DNA of 64,000 nucleotides from Magallana gigas (taxonomy: Eukaryota), in NCBI RefSeq assembly GCF_963853765.1, contig NC_088860.1, positions 38,502,001 through 38,566,000 on the forward strand. Direction: 5' to 3'. Both the position numbers and the translations under genes were made by a program. This document shows, in pieces, positions 11,241 to 19,829 of this stretch. Positions within the stretch are counted from its first letter, which is position 1, and each line of letters begins with the position of its first letter. The notes beneath the pieces were generated by a model. That model searched no databases. It was given only the letters and a program-made list of their open reading frames with translations, and was not told where the DNA came from.

Positions 11241-12587
11241 ATGGCTGACCAACCTGTTGACAAAACAATTAAACCGTTATACCTGAAGGACTCTGATCTA
11301 CAGTGTATTGACGCTAATCGGGTAACGGAATTCATGCTAATGGAGCGTGTAATTGATGTCATAGGCAATTCCTTGCACTGCTTGCAATTAGACAGAAATC
11401 TGTGGCGTGTGTATGTAAAAGACCAAGGCAGCAGAGAAAAACTGCTGACCGAGGGTATAGCTTTGAAAAACATATCTTTAACTTTTTTTGATACAAATCC
11501 CTACAGTTCAGGAAATCATGACCCCACTGTAAATACTCTGAAAGTTCGTCTATGCGGACTACCTTTGTCTGTCGATGAATCGGCCGTCGTCGAGCTACTT
11601 GATAAGTTAGGAGCAAAGTTGAAAAGCAAGATATTGTATGAAAAAATAAGACACCCGGTAACAAACAAAATGACTAGCGTACTTAATGGAAATAGATTCA
11701 TGTACTTAGAACCCCTTGAAAACGGCAAAGTTCTGCCTCGTGTTAACTATTACGCTGGCATACGCTGCATGTTATTTTACTACGGTCAGCCCAAACCTCA
11801 GCGGAATCTCACCTGTACTCAGTGCTGGGACACCGGACACACAAGAAATTTTTGCAAAACCGAACCCCGTTGTAAAGTCTGCAAAACACCCGGCCACAAA
11901 CCAGGTGACTCAAGGTGCTCCTCCTATCAAATTCAGGAAAGTGTTATAGCCTTCAATGGTGAAAATAACATTTTGTCAAATTTTTACCCATGTGAGCTCA
12001 ACATCTTCGGAGTACAACACAAGTCCGCAGAGCATGCATTCCAATATGCAAAATCATTACGATGCGGGGACCTGGAGGCTGCCAAGTCCATCCAAGAGGC
12101 TAAAGACGCTCTCTCCGCCAAACGCATCGGAGACAAAGTGCGGATAAATGAGCAGTGGACCGAATCGTGTGAAAGTGTTATGACCGAAATTATAGAAAAT
12201 AAATGTGTCCAAGTTGAGAGGTTCAGGGAAAAGCTCAGGTCTGTTAAGAAAAACACATTGTTTGCCGAGTCAACATTCAACGACAAATGGGGGACAGGGC
12301 TGGATAAAGCTGGTACAGAAAACACAAAAGCTTCAGACTGGCCCGGTCAGAATCTACTAGGCCATATTATTGGAAAAGTGGCACAGAAAATCAGAAAAAG
12401 AAAAAAAAGCGACCAATGGAGTCAGCCTAAACAGAGCTCGAGACAGCAAAAAAAGCACAGTACAACGCAGAAAAATATAGCAGAAATGCTTCGCTCCCTG
12501 CGCGCCAACACTGACGCCGAATCCGCGTCAGGTTGTGATGCATCTTCAGAAACTGACTCCGAACCCGAGGAATCCGGTAAAGGATAG
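11241..12587 (+). CDS. LINE ORF1p: RRM-like region, two CCHC zinc knuckles, C-terminal NADAR (YbiA-like) domain
   Basis: KVRLCGLPLSV RRM-like strand; CTQCWDTGHTRNFC and CKVCKTPGHKPGDSRC knuckles; NADAR motifs LSNFYPC, SAEHAFQYAK, W...ESVM, FAESTFNDKWGTG, WPGQNLLG. Confidence 0.9.
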   Translation: MADQPVDKTIKPLYLKDSDLQCIDANRVTEFMLMERVIDVIGNSLHCLQLDRNLWRVYVKDQGSREKLLTEGIALKNISLTFFDTNPYSSGNHDPTVNTLKVRLCGLPLSVDESAVVELLDKLGAKLKSKILYEKIRHPVTNKMTSVLNGNRFMYLEPLENGKVLPRVNYYAGIRCMLFYYGQPKPQRNLTCTQCWDTGHTRNFCKTEPRCKVCKTPGHKPGDSRCSSYQIQESVIAFNGENNILSNFYPCELNIFGVQHKSAEHAFQYAKSLRCGDLEAAKSIQEAKDALSAKRIGDKVRINEQWTESCESVMTEIIENKCVQVERFREKLRSVKKNTLFAESTFNDKWGTGLDKAGTENTKASDWPGQNLLGHIIGKVAQKIRKRKKSDQWSQPKQSSRQQKKHSTTQKNIAEMLRSLRANTDAESASGCDASSETDSEPEESGKG

Positions 12588-12754
12588 ACCAAATACTGTC
12601 ATACGAGTTATAAATCAATGACCACAATGTTCGTTATTTGGACTCGCCTTAGGAACAGCGGTATGGCAATTATATGTACGATCACTAGCAAATGCACTTG
12701 CTATGTTCTATACTTTATGCACTTGATAGTTATTTTAATATACAATTCTAAGTA

Positions 12755-15700
12755 ATGGAAAAAGTAAGCTTTATATCAGTAAATGTTAGAGGTCTAAATA
12801 CAGACGAAAAAAGGAAAAAAATATATTCATGGCTTTATGAGAAAAAAATAGATATCGCACTTCTGCAAGAAACACATTTTGTTCAAAAATATGAATGTAA
12901 ATACAACACTGGTTGGAAAGGGAAAACTTTTCATGCATATAGTGATTCAGTTTTTAGTAGAGGTGTAACTATTCTTTTTAGAGAAAATCTTGATATTAAA
13001 GTTATGAACTTTAAAAAGTCATTAGATGGAAGGAAAATGTTGTTAAACGTTGATATAAATGGTGAAATTTTCTCCATCATTAATGTTTACGCTCCTAATA
13101 TATTAAACAACAGACACATTTTCTTTACAAAATTAAAATCTTTTATAGAAAAAAATTGCTTAAATGACAACATAATTCTTTGTGGAGACTTTAATTGTCA
13201 AATTAATGATACAAGTGATAAAAGTTTACACGTTTTGAAAAATATCATGAACAAATTCAACTTAATTGACTTTTGGAAAAGTGAATTCCCCGAGTTGAAT
13301 GGTCTAACATGGTGTGATGCAGAAAACAACCCTAAAAGTAGGATAGATTATGTACTATTAAATGAAAATATATATCGTAAATTTGGTGGATTAATAATCA
13401 GGAAAATTCCTGGCACTCATTCTAAAGGAAATCGCATGTCTGACCATAGGTTTTTAAAATTTCACCTGAACTTATCATGTGAAAAAAGAGGCCCAGGCTA
13501 CTGGAAGTTAAATGTGTCAAATATAGAAAACGATAAATATAAAAAGGAGATTCATAAAATCATTGATAATTTAGATAACTCCTTGAACCCAGTCGACAAA
13601 TGGGAATGTATTAAACGTAAGATAAAAGAATTTTCTATTAATTTTTCGAAATATCAACAGAGATCAATTAAGAAACGGAAAAAGGAAATTGAGAAAGACA
13701 TTGAAAATATAGAAACTAGTAAAACTGAGGAATTCGATTATAAAAAGCTTAAACAGTTAGAAGCAGAATTAGATTCTATTTATGATAAACAATCAAAAGG
13801 TGCACATATTAGATCTAAAGCAAAATGGGTAGAAAATGGCGAAAAAAACACATCATATTTTCTAAATTTAGAAAAGCAACATCAATCATCAAACGTAATA
13901 ACGGAACTTTTGACTTCAAACAATGAAAAAATTCATAATACCAATTCAATTATGGGGGAAATGTTTAAATTTTACCAGAGCTTATACGCAAGTAAAAACA
14001 TTGATAATAAAATAATTGATGATTACTTATCTGAAATCAATGTACCAGTAATAAGTGAGGATAATAAACGTATGCTAGATAAATTTCCGACGTTCGAGGA
14101 ATGTACGGAAGCTGTCAATAGTATGAAACACGATAAATCGCCTGGACTTGATGGATTACCAAGTGAATTCTATCAATGTTTTTGGAATGTAATTGGCCCT
14201 TATTTCTACGATGCTCTTAAAGATATATATGAAAATAAAATGATGACATACACACAGCGGCAATCAGTAATATCGTTAGTGTTTAAGAAAGGAGAAAAGA
14301 ATTCTTTAAAAAATTATCGTCCAATTAGTCTAACAAATACTGATTACAAAATCATAGCTTTTGTTTTTGCAAAAAGACTACAGAAGATCCTAAAAGACAT
14401 AATCAATGATAACCAAACTGCATATATAAAAGGAAGATACATTGGAGAAAATGCCCGGCTTATATTAGATATATTTGAATTTTGCGAATCAGAAAACGTG
14501 GGGGGAATTCTGTTATTTTTAGATTTTGAAAAAGCATTTGATTCGGTTGAATGGAATTTTCTTTTTAAAACATTAAAAAAGTTTAATATCGGAAAAAGTT
14601 TTATTACATGGGCAAACATTTTGTATACAAATCCTATTTTTAAAATGAAAAACAACGGCTGGCTTTCAAAATCATGTTCAATGACAAGAGGAATAAGACA
14701 AGGATGTCCTTTATCAGCTCTCTTATTTCTTTTTGTTGCAGAAATATTGGCGACTAAAATTAAAAATCATCAAAACATAAATGGCATTAAAATAAATAAC
14801 TATGAAATTAAAAGTATACAACATGCAGATGATTTAACAGTGGCTTTGAACGACGAAATCTCAATGAAGAATACTTTAGATATTATTAAAGCATTCTGTG
14901 AATGTGCTGGGTCAAAAATTAATACTAATAAAACTGAATGCATATTATTAGGAGATATGAAAAACGAATTTGAAGAGCTTCATGGAATCAAAGTAACAAA
15001 TAAAGCAATTAAATGTTTAGGTATTTATGTAGGCCATGATAAGGAAGAATGCTATAATAAAAATTGGATGAGAATTTATCATGACATGGAAAAACTATTT
15101 GAATCCTGGAAACGAAGAAAATTAACACTCTTTGGAAAAGCATGTATTATTCGGACTCTAGCTATTTCAAAACTTGTATATACTTCGTCAATACTTTGTC
15201 TTCCTGACAGCAATTTTATTAAAAGAATACAGAGATTGATTTTTAACTTCATTTGGGAAAAAACGGAAAGAATTAAACGAAATACTTTAATTGGAGACAT
15301 AGCAAAAGGTGGATTATCTATAGTAGACATAGATTGCAAGTTAAAATCATTAAAAGCAGCGTGGATTCCAAGATTACTTAACTCAAAAGGCATTCTATTT
15401 GATATTCTTAGTAACCAGTGTAAAAAACTTAATATCGATATACACTTTCTTTTAAAGTGCTCCACTACTAAAACAGAGACCTTGGATAGCATAAAATTAC
15501 CCCTATTCTACAAAGAAATATTTTGTTGTTTTAATGAATGTAAACGTGAACTGCACTTTGAAAAAAGATCACCTGATGATATTTTACAACAACCAATATG
15601 GAATAATTGTAACTTAGTATATAAGGGAAACTCTGTTTTCTTCGAAAACTGGATTAAATCAGGAATACTATACATTAAAGACTTGTTTGACGACGAGGGT

Positions 15701-16483
15701 AACTTCAGACGATTAGAACATTATGCAAATATTATTAATAAATCTAACTGGTTATGTGAATACAAAATTCTTTTTCAAATAACTAAATCAATTCGAAGAC
15801 TTTACTCATTCAGCAATGTAAACTTTATCAACATACAAAGCGTAATGAGTTTCAACTTCCCTCTGGGATATTACAACTTGACTGGTAAATCTAGTAATTT
15901 TTTCTATAAAAATCTCATTGAAAAAAAGTTTTGTAAGCCATCTTCTCAATTAATACTGCGTAAAGAATTTGAAATATACGATGAGAAGAGTTGGAAAAAT
16001 ATTTATGAATGCAAGATTAAAGATATAAAAGATAAACATGTAGCTGAATTCAGTTACAAGCTCTTAAATAATATATTATGTAATAATGTATATGTGAGTA
16101 AATGGAAAAAAGATATATCAAATCAATGTGTACACTGTAAACAAATAGAAAATATAAAACATTTGCTTTTTGAATGTAACAATGTTAAAAACATATGGAA
16201 TACTGTTAGTAGTTTATTGTCATTCAAAATACAATGGAAACATATCGTTGGTTTCTTCTATGAAAAAAGCGATAAAACTAAATCTCTAAATTTACTTATC
16301 ACTTATGTAGCTTATAGAATTTATAAACAAAAAATGCTTTGTAGATTGGATTCTATGAATGAAACTGAATGTATCATATATAATCATGTTAAAAAATCCA
16401 CTTGTTTTTATGCCTCAGTTTTACGTTTTTTAAATGCAAATGCTGAGTGCAAGTTTTTTGAAAATCTGTCAAAGATGATGTGA
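12755..16483 (+). CDS. LINE ORF2p: APE endonuclease, reverse transcriptase, C-terminal Cys/His zinc-binding motif
   Basis: EN motifs SVNVRGLN, LQETH, NVYAPN, GDFN, RIDY, SDH; RT motifs SPGLDGLPSEFY, YRPISLTNTDYK, LDFEKAFD, RQGCPLS, HADD; CVHC...HLLFEC. Uninterrupted 1242 aa. Confidence 0.96.
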   Translation: MEKVSFISVNVRGLNTDEKRKKIYSWLYEKKIDIALLQETHFVQKYECKYNTGWKGKTFHAYSDSVFSRGVTILFRENLDIKVMNFKKSLDGRKMLLNVDINGEIFSIINVYAPNILNNRHIFFTKLKSFIEKNCLNDNIILCGDFNCQINDTSDKSLHVLKNIMNKFNLIDFWKSEFPELNGLTWCDAENNPKSRIDYVLLNENIYRKFGGLIIRKIPGTHSKGNRMSDHRFLKFHLNLSCEKRGPGYWKLNVSNIENDKYKKEIHKIIDNLDNSLNPVDKWECIKRKIKEFSINFSKYQQRSIKKRKKEIEKDIENIETSKTEEFDYKKLKQLEAELDSIYDKQSKGAHIRSKAKWVENGEKNTSYFLNLEKQHQSSNVITELLTSNNEKIHNTNSIMGEMFKFYQSLYASKNIDNKIIDDYLSEINVPVISEDNKRMLDKFPTFEECTEAVNSMKHDKSPGLDGLPSEFYQCFWNVIGPYFYDALKDIYENKMMTYTQRQSVISLVFKKGEKNSLKNYRPISLTNTDYKIIAFVFAKRLQKILKDIINDNQTAYIKGRYIGENARLILDIFEFCESENVGGILLFLDFEKAFDSVEWNFLFKTLKKFNIGKSFITWANILYTNPIFKMKNNGWLSKSCSMTRGIRQGCPLSALLFLFVAEILATKIKNHQNINGIKINNYEIKSIQHADDLTVALNDEISMKNTLDIIKAFCECAGSKINTNKTECILLGDMKNEFEELHGIKVTNKAIKCLGIYVGHDKEECYNKNWMRIYHDMEKLFESWKRRKLTLFGKACIIRTLAISKLVYTSSILCLPDSNFIKRIQRLIFNFIWEKTERIKRNTLIGDIAKGGLSIVDIDCKLKSLKAAWIPRLLNSKGILFDILSNQCKKLNIDIHFLLKCSTTKTETLDSIKLPLFYKEIFCCFNECKRELHFEKRSPDDILQQPIWNNCNLVYKGNSVFFENWIKSGILYIKDLFDDEGNFRRLEHYANIINKSNWLCEYKILFQITKSIRRLYSFSNVNFINIQSVMSFNFPLGYYNLTGKSSNFFYKNLIEKKFCKPSSQLILRKEFEIYDEKSWKNIYECKIKDIKDKHVAEFSYKLLNNILCNNVYVSKWKKDISNQCVHCKQIENIKHLLFECNNVKNIWNTVSSLLSFKIQWKHIVGFFYEKSDKTKSLNLLITYVAYRIYKQKMLCRLDSMNETECIIYNHVKKSTCFYASVLRFLNANAECKFFENLSKMM

Positions 16484-17107
16484 TATGTCTTATTATCATA
16501 GTGTAAAATATTCTATTATCCTAAAACTACTGAGAAGAGACCTGTCTTCCAGTAGAGCTGTCATAAAAGGGAGGATATGGACTGTAAAACAAGGTAGAAC
16601 CTCCTTATTAGGACAGCAAACTCTTTTTGTCCATGATTTTTATATCATAATTATATAAACAACTACAGTGTAATATAGTAAACTGTTATATACCATGGAT
16701 ACATAGAGTCTGCCTATATATCTCTACACCCAGAGACTATGTGATTGATAATATTGTCTACCAGGTTAGGCAAGATACTACTTGTACATTTATTTAAATC
16801 TCTATACATTGCTAATTTAGCCTTATTTGTACACCATTTTTTTTACTTGCTTTATGAATCTATGCTAATTGTATATATATGTGTAATACACTGAAACATT
16901 ATCTGTGGAATCTATACAACTCTAAATACTCTTTAAAGTATTTTTTTCATAAGCAATATTTAATTAGATGACAAAAATAATAATCATAGTATCTTATTTA
17001 AGACAATGTGCTGTCTTGTAGATAGCTTATTAGAATTCTGTGCTTGAAGTTATTGTATACTTTGTTTGTTCTTGCAAATAAATTATCCAAAAAAAAAAAA
17101 AAAAAAA

Positions 17108-17950
17108 AAAATAAACAGAAATAACAGTTCGTCAATAGATTCAAGGTGTGATTCATTGCACGTTTTCTCCGATGCAAGTCAGCAAGCATATGGTGCATGT
17201 GTCTATTTGTTATCAAAGAACAAGATAACATTACTTATGGCCAAAAATCGAGTGACACCAATCAAGCAGATCACACTTCCAAGACTAGAACTCATGGGAG
17301 CACTTATTGGAGCAAGATTGGGAAAACATGTAAAAGAAATAACAAGAGTTAACAAAATTTACATTTGGTGTGACAGTCAAATTGTACTTCACTGGATCAT
17401 TTCACAGAAAACGCCAAACAGATTTGTAGCAAACCGAGTAAATGAAATTAGGGAGATCAGCAAATCTTCAACATGGCAGTATTGTCCAACATACTGTAAT
17501 CCTGCTGACTATCTCACACGAGGAATTGCCCTCAAGAAATTCAAAGAAGATACCCTCTGGTGGAATGGACCAGAATGGTTAATGGAACCCCAAAAATGGC
17601 CTGTATGGGATGGGCCAACAAAGGCAATATTATGTTCCACAAGCACAGAAGAAGAGAGTGATATGAGTCATCAAACGAAGGTTCAAGATACTGTAGACAT
17701 CAAGACTGAAAGTATACAGTCAATACTGAAACTTGAAGATAAGAGTTCACTCATGAAGTTAGTCAGAGTTCTTGCATACATAAGAAGATTCATTCACAAC
17801 TGCAGACATTCTAGTGAAAAGAGAGCAGGATTTCTCAGTAAACAAGAGTTAGGTGAAGTTATTAGACTGCTCATACAAGATGCACAGAGAACCGAGTTTA
17901 CAAAAGAAATGGAATATCTGAAACATCCATCTGGAAGGAAACCAACGGTC
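17108..17950 (+). mobile_element. BEL/Pao pol fragment, 3' part (RNase H region)
   Basis: LHVFSDAS..AYGACVY, TLPRLELMGA, WCDSQIVLHWI, FVANRV, NPADYLTRG, WWNGPEWL; continues the frame of the 9990 fragment across the TSD. Integrase absent. Confidence 0.92.
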
Positions 17951-18065
17951 GCAAAATGTACAAAATCACAATTTAAAAAATATTAAAAGTTCATAATAGG
18001 TCGCGTTGTGTTTGAAAAATTTAATTAGAAAGTCTTTGACTTCTCCTCAACTCTGGCTCTGATTT

Positions 18066-19649
18066 TCATATTTTGGGAAAGTCATTGTGCTCTTGAACCA
18101 ATTTTCCAATTTTGAATTCGTTGAATGTAGTTCCTGCTCTCTTGTGGTAATGCCTGTGGTGAATATTGTTTTCTTCTAATGCTCTATAGAATTTGAATTT
18201 CTCCAAGTTGTTATGGGTATATGGATCCAATTCCCATAGCTGTGTCATCAAGGCTGAGTTTTGTTTCATGATCTCCTCTAAAGAAGTAACATTCTTTCCC
18301 ATCTCCAGATTGATCACTCGAAGTTCTAGCTCATCCAGGTAGTGTCTCAAGTCTGCTGTATCTTTGTTTGCCGATGTGGTGAAGGTCTCACTGCATGTTT
18401 CCACGTTGGATTGAATTTTCAGCATTTGTGCTTGAAGCTGGTTGTTCAAATCTTCTAGGATCTTCATCCTCTGTTCTAAAACTGAATTTTCTCTCTGGAT
18501 TTTCTGGATTTTGTGATTCTTGAACGATGAATTTCTTCTTAGTTTGAAATTCTCTCTCCTTAACTGCAAAATCTCTGATTTAAGTTTTTCCACCAGATCT
18601 TCTTGTGCTTGGTCTTCCTTCTTTTTATCAACGACTGTGTTGGAAGCTGATTTTTTCTGTTTTTCTGTTCTTGACTGAGCAGTTTCTCTCTTCTGTAGTT
18701 TGGTATTCAGTTTGTTTGTCTCCTTGGATGTGGGCACTTTCTCTTCCTCTTTACATCGATCTCCATTCAGCTGTTTTGAGAAATGTAGTTGGATTGACTG
18801 CTCTAGTAGAAGTGATTCTGTCTCTTTTGTCCTCTCTAAATTTTTGACTGAGCTCTTAGATGATGGTTTCAGGAATTGCGACTTGTAACATATGCTGGTG
18901 TGGTGAGTCTTCTTACAAATCCTGCATTTGAAACGTGACTGACAATTATTAACTTTGTGTTTCCCTAAACAGTTGAAGCATACTCTTTTTTCTTTTATGA
19001 TGAATATTCTCACTTCACAATCTTGAATAATATGGCAAGTTGTTGGCGAATGGTTCTCATTGCAGAATAAACATAGCTTTACAAAATTTTGTGGGTTGTT
19101 AATCCTTTTATGACTTGACCCCGCAACCAAGTTAGCTGCTGGAATGAATTCCTGGCTTGATCTTAGATTGCTAGCTTGTCCAGTAGGCTCCACCTTTACG
19201 GCTCTCCTTAGTGACTGTAAATCCCAGATATCATCATCATCTTTTTTGTCCACAGTATAATGAGTCTTAGGGATTCCTGAGTTACCTTGTGACGTGTCAT
19301 TGCATTGAGCAAACTCTTGCGCATTTACATTTAAGTTGATGGATGTAGATTGATGAACATTCTCTAAAGTCTTGGTAGATGACGCGCTCTTTGTCAGTTC
19401 TGCTAATCTTAGTCTTAAATGTGACATGTACTCAACTGAATCTCTGATCTCCATTTGGATTTCTTCTTCACTCGATAATTCTTGTAGGATCTGGCTGTTG
19501 ATTTTCTCTAACGTGTCTTGTTTCTCCTCCAGTATCTTGATCATTGCAGAATGCTCATCCTCATTGTTGGTCTCAGAAATTCTCCCCAAAAAATTAGTTA
19601 TAGTTCCTCGATGTCCTGCACGCATCGCCTTTAGTTTGGATACATGCAT
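18066..19649 (-). CDS. BEL/Pao Gag-derived protein (527 aa): triple zinc knuckle plus coiled-coil tail
   Basis: N-terminus SKLKAMRAGHRGTIT; knuckles CLFCNENHSPTTC, CFNCLGKHKVNNC, CRICKKTHHTSIC; tRNA primer-binding site just upstream. Confidence 0.8.
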   Translation of the reverse strand: MHVSKLKAMRAGHRGTITNFLGRISETNNEDEHSAMIKILEEKQDTLEKINSQILQELSSEEEIQMEIRDSVEYMSHLRLRLAELTKSASSTKTLENVHQSTSINLNVNAQEFAQCNDTSQGNSGIPKTHYTVDKKDDDDIWDLQSLRRAVKVEPTGQASNLRSSQEFIPAANLVAGSSHKRINNPQNFVKLCLFCNENHSPTTCHIIQDCEVRIFIIKEKRVCFNCLGKHKVNNCQSRFKCRICKKTHHTSICYKSQFLKPSSKSSVKNLERTKETESLLLEQSIQLHFSKQLNGDRCKEEEKVPTSKETNKLNTKLQKRETAQSRTEKQKKSASNTVVDKKKEDQAQEDLVEKLKSEILQLRRENFKLRRNSSFKNHKIQKIQRENSVLEQRMKILEDLNNQLQAQMLKIQSNVETCSETFTTSANKDTADLRHYLDELELRVINLEMGKNVTSLEEIMKQNSALMTQLWELDPYTHNNLEKFKFYRALEENNIHHRHYHKRAGTTFNEFKIGKLVQEHNDFPKI

Positions 19650-19660
19650 TTTCTCATATG

Positions 19661-19672
19661 GTCACGGCACCA
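19661..19672 (-). promoter_or_regulatory. Primer-binding site complementary to the tRNA-His 3' end
   Basis: Minus strand TGGTGCCGTGAC; tRNA-His ends ...GTCACGGCACCA. It lies 3 nt after a CA, as expected at the end of a 5' LTR. Confidence 0.8.
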
Positions 19673-19675
19673 AAA

Positions 19676-19829
19676 TGTCGCGATTGTATAGTGGTCTTTG
19701 AGTCAGATAGAACGAAAACACATCTGAACGCTTTGACTGGTTTATCTAGACTGATTTGAACATACACATATTATTGTAACGTTACCATGACGTCATATTA
19801 TGATGACGTCATAATAGCAATGTCTCACA
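19676..19829 (-). mobile_element. Candidate 5' LTR (TGT...ACA, ~154 bp)
   Basis: Starts TGTGAG, ends CGACA, abuts the PBS. No matching second LTR found, so the outer boundary is uncertain. Confidence 0.45.

Larger units (their letters stand above)
10967..17107 (+). mobile_element. Full-length L1/Tx1-clade non-LTR retrotransposon (~6.14 kb)
   Basis: TSD AAAATAAACAG at 10956-10966 and 17108-17118; 5' UTR, ORF1, 167-nt spacer, ORF2, ~600-nt 3' UTR, AATAAA at 17077-17082, then polyA from 17089. Confidence 0.95.

Noticed and set aside
17950-18065. Possible 3' LTR or polypurine tract for the minus-strand Gag element
   Set aside because: No sequence match to the candidate 5' LTR (19676-19829); only a weak purine-rich stretch.
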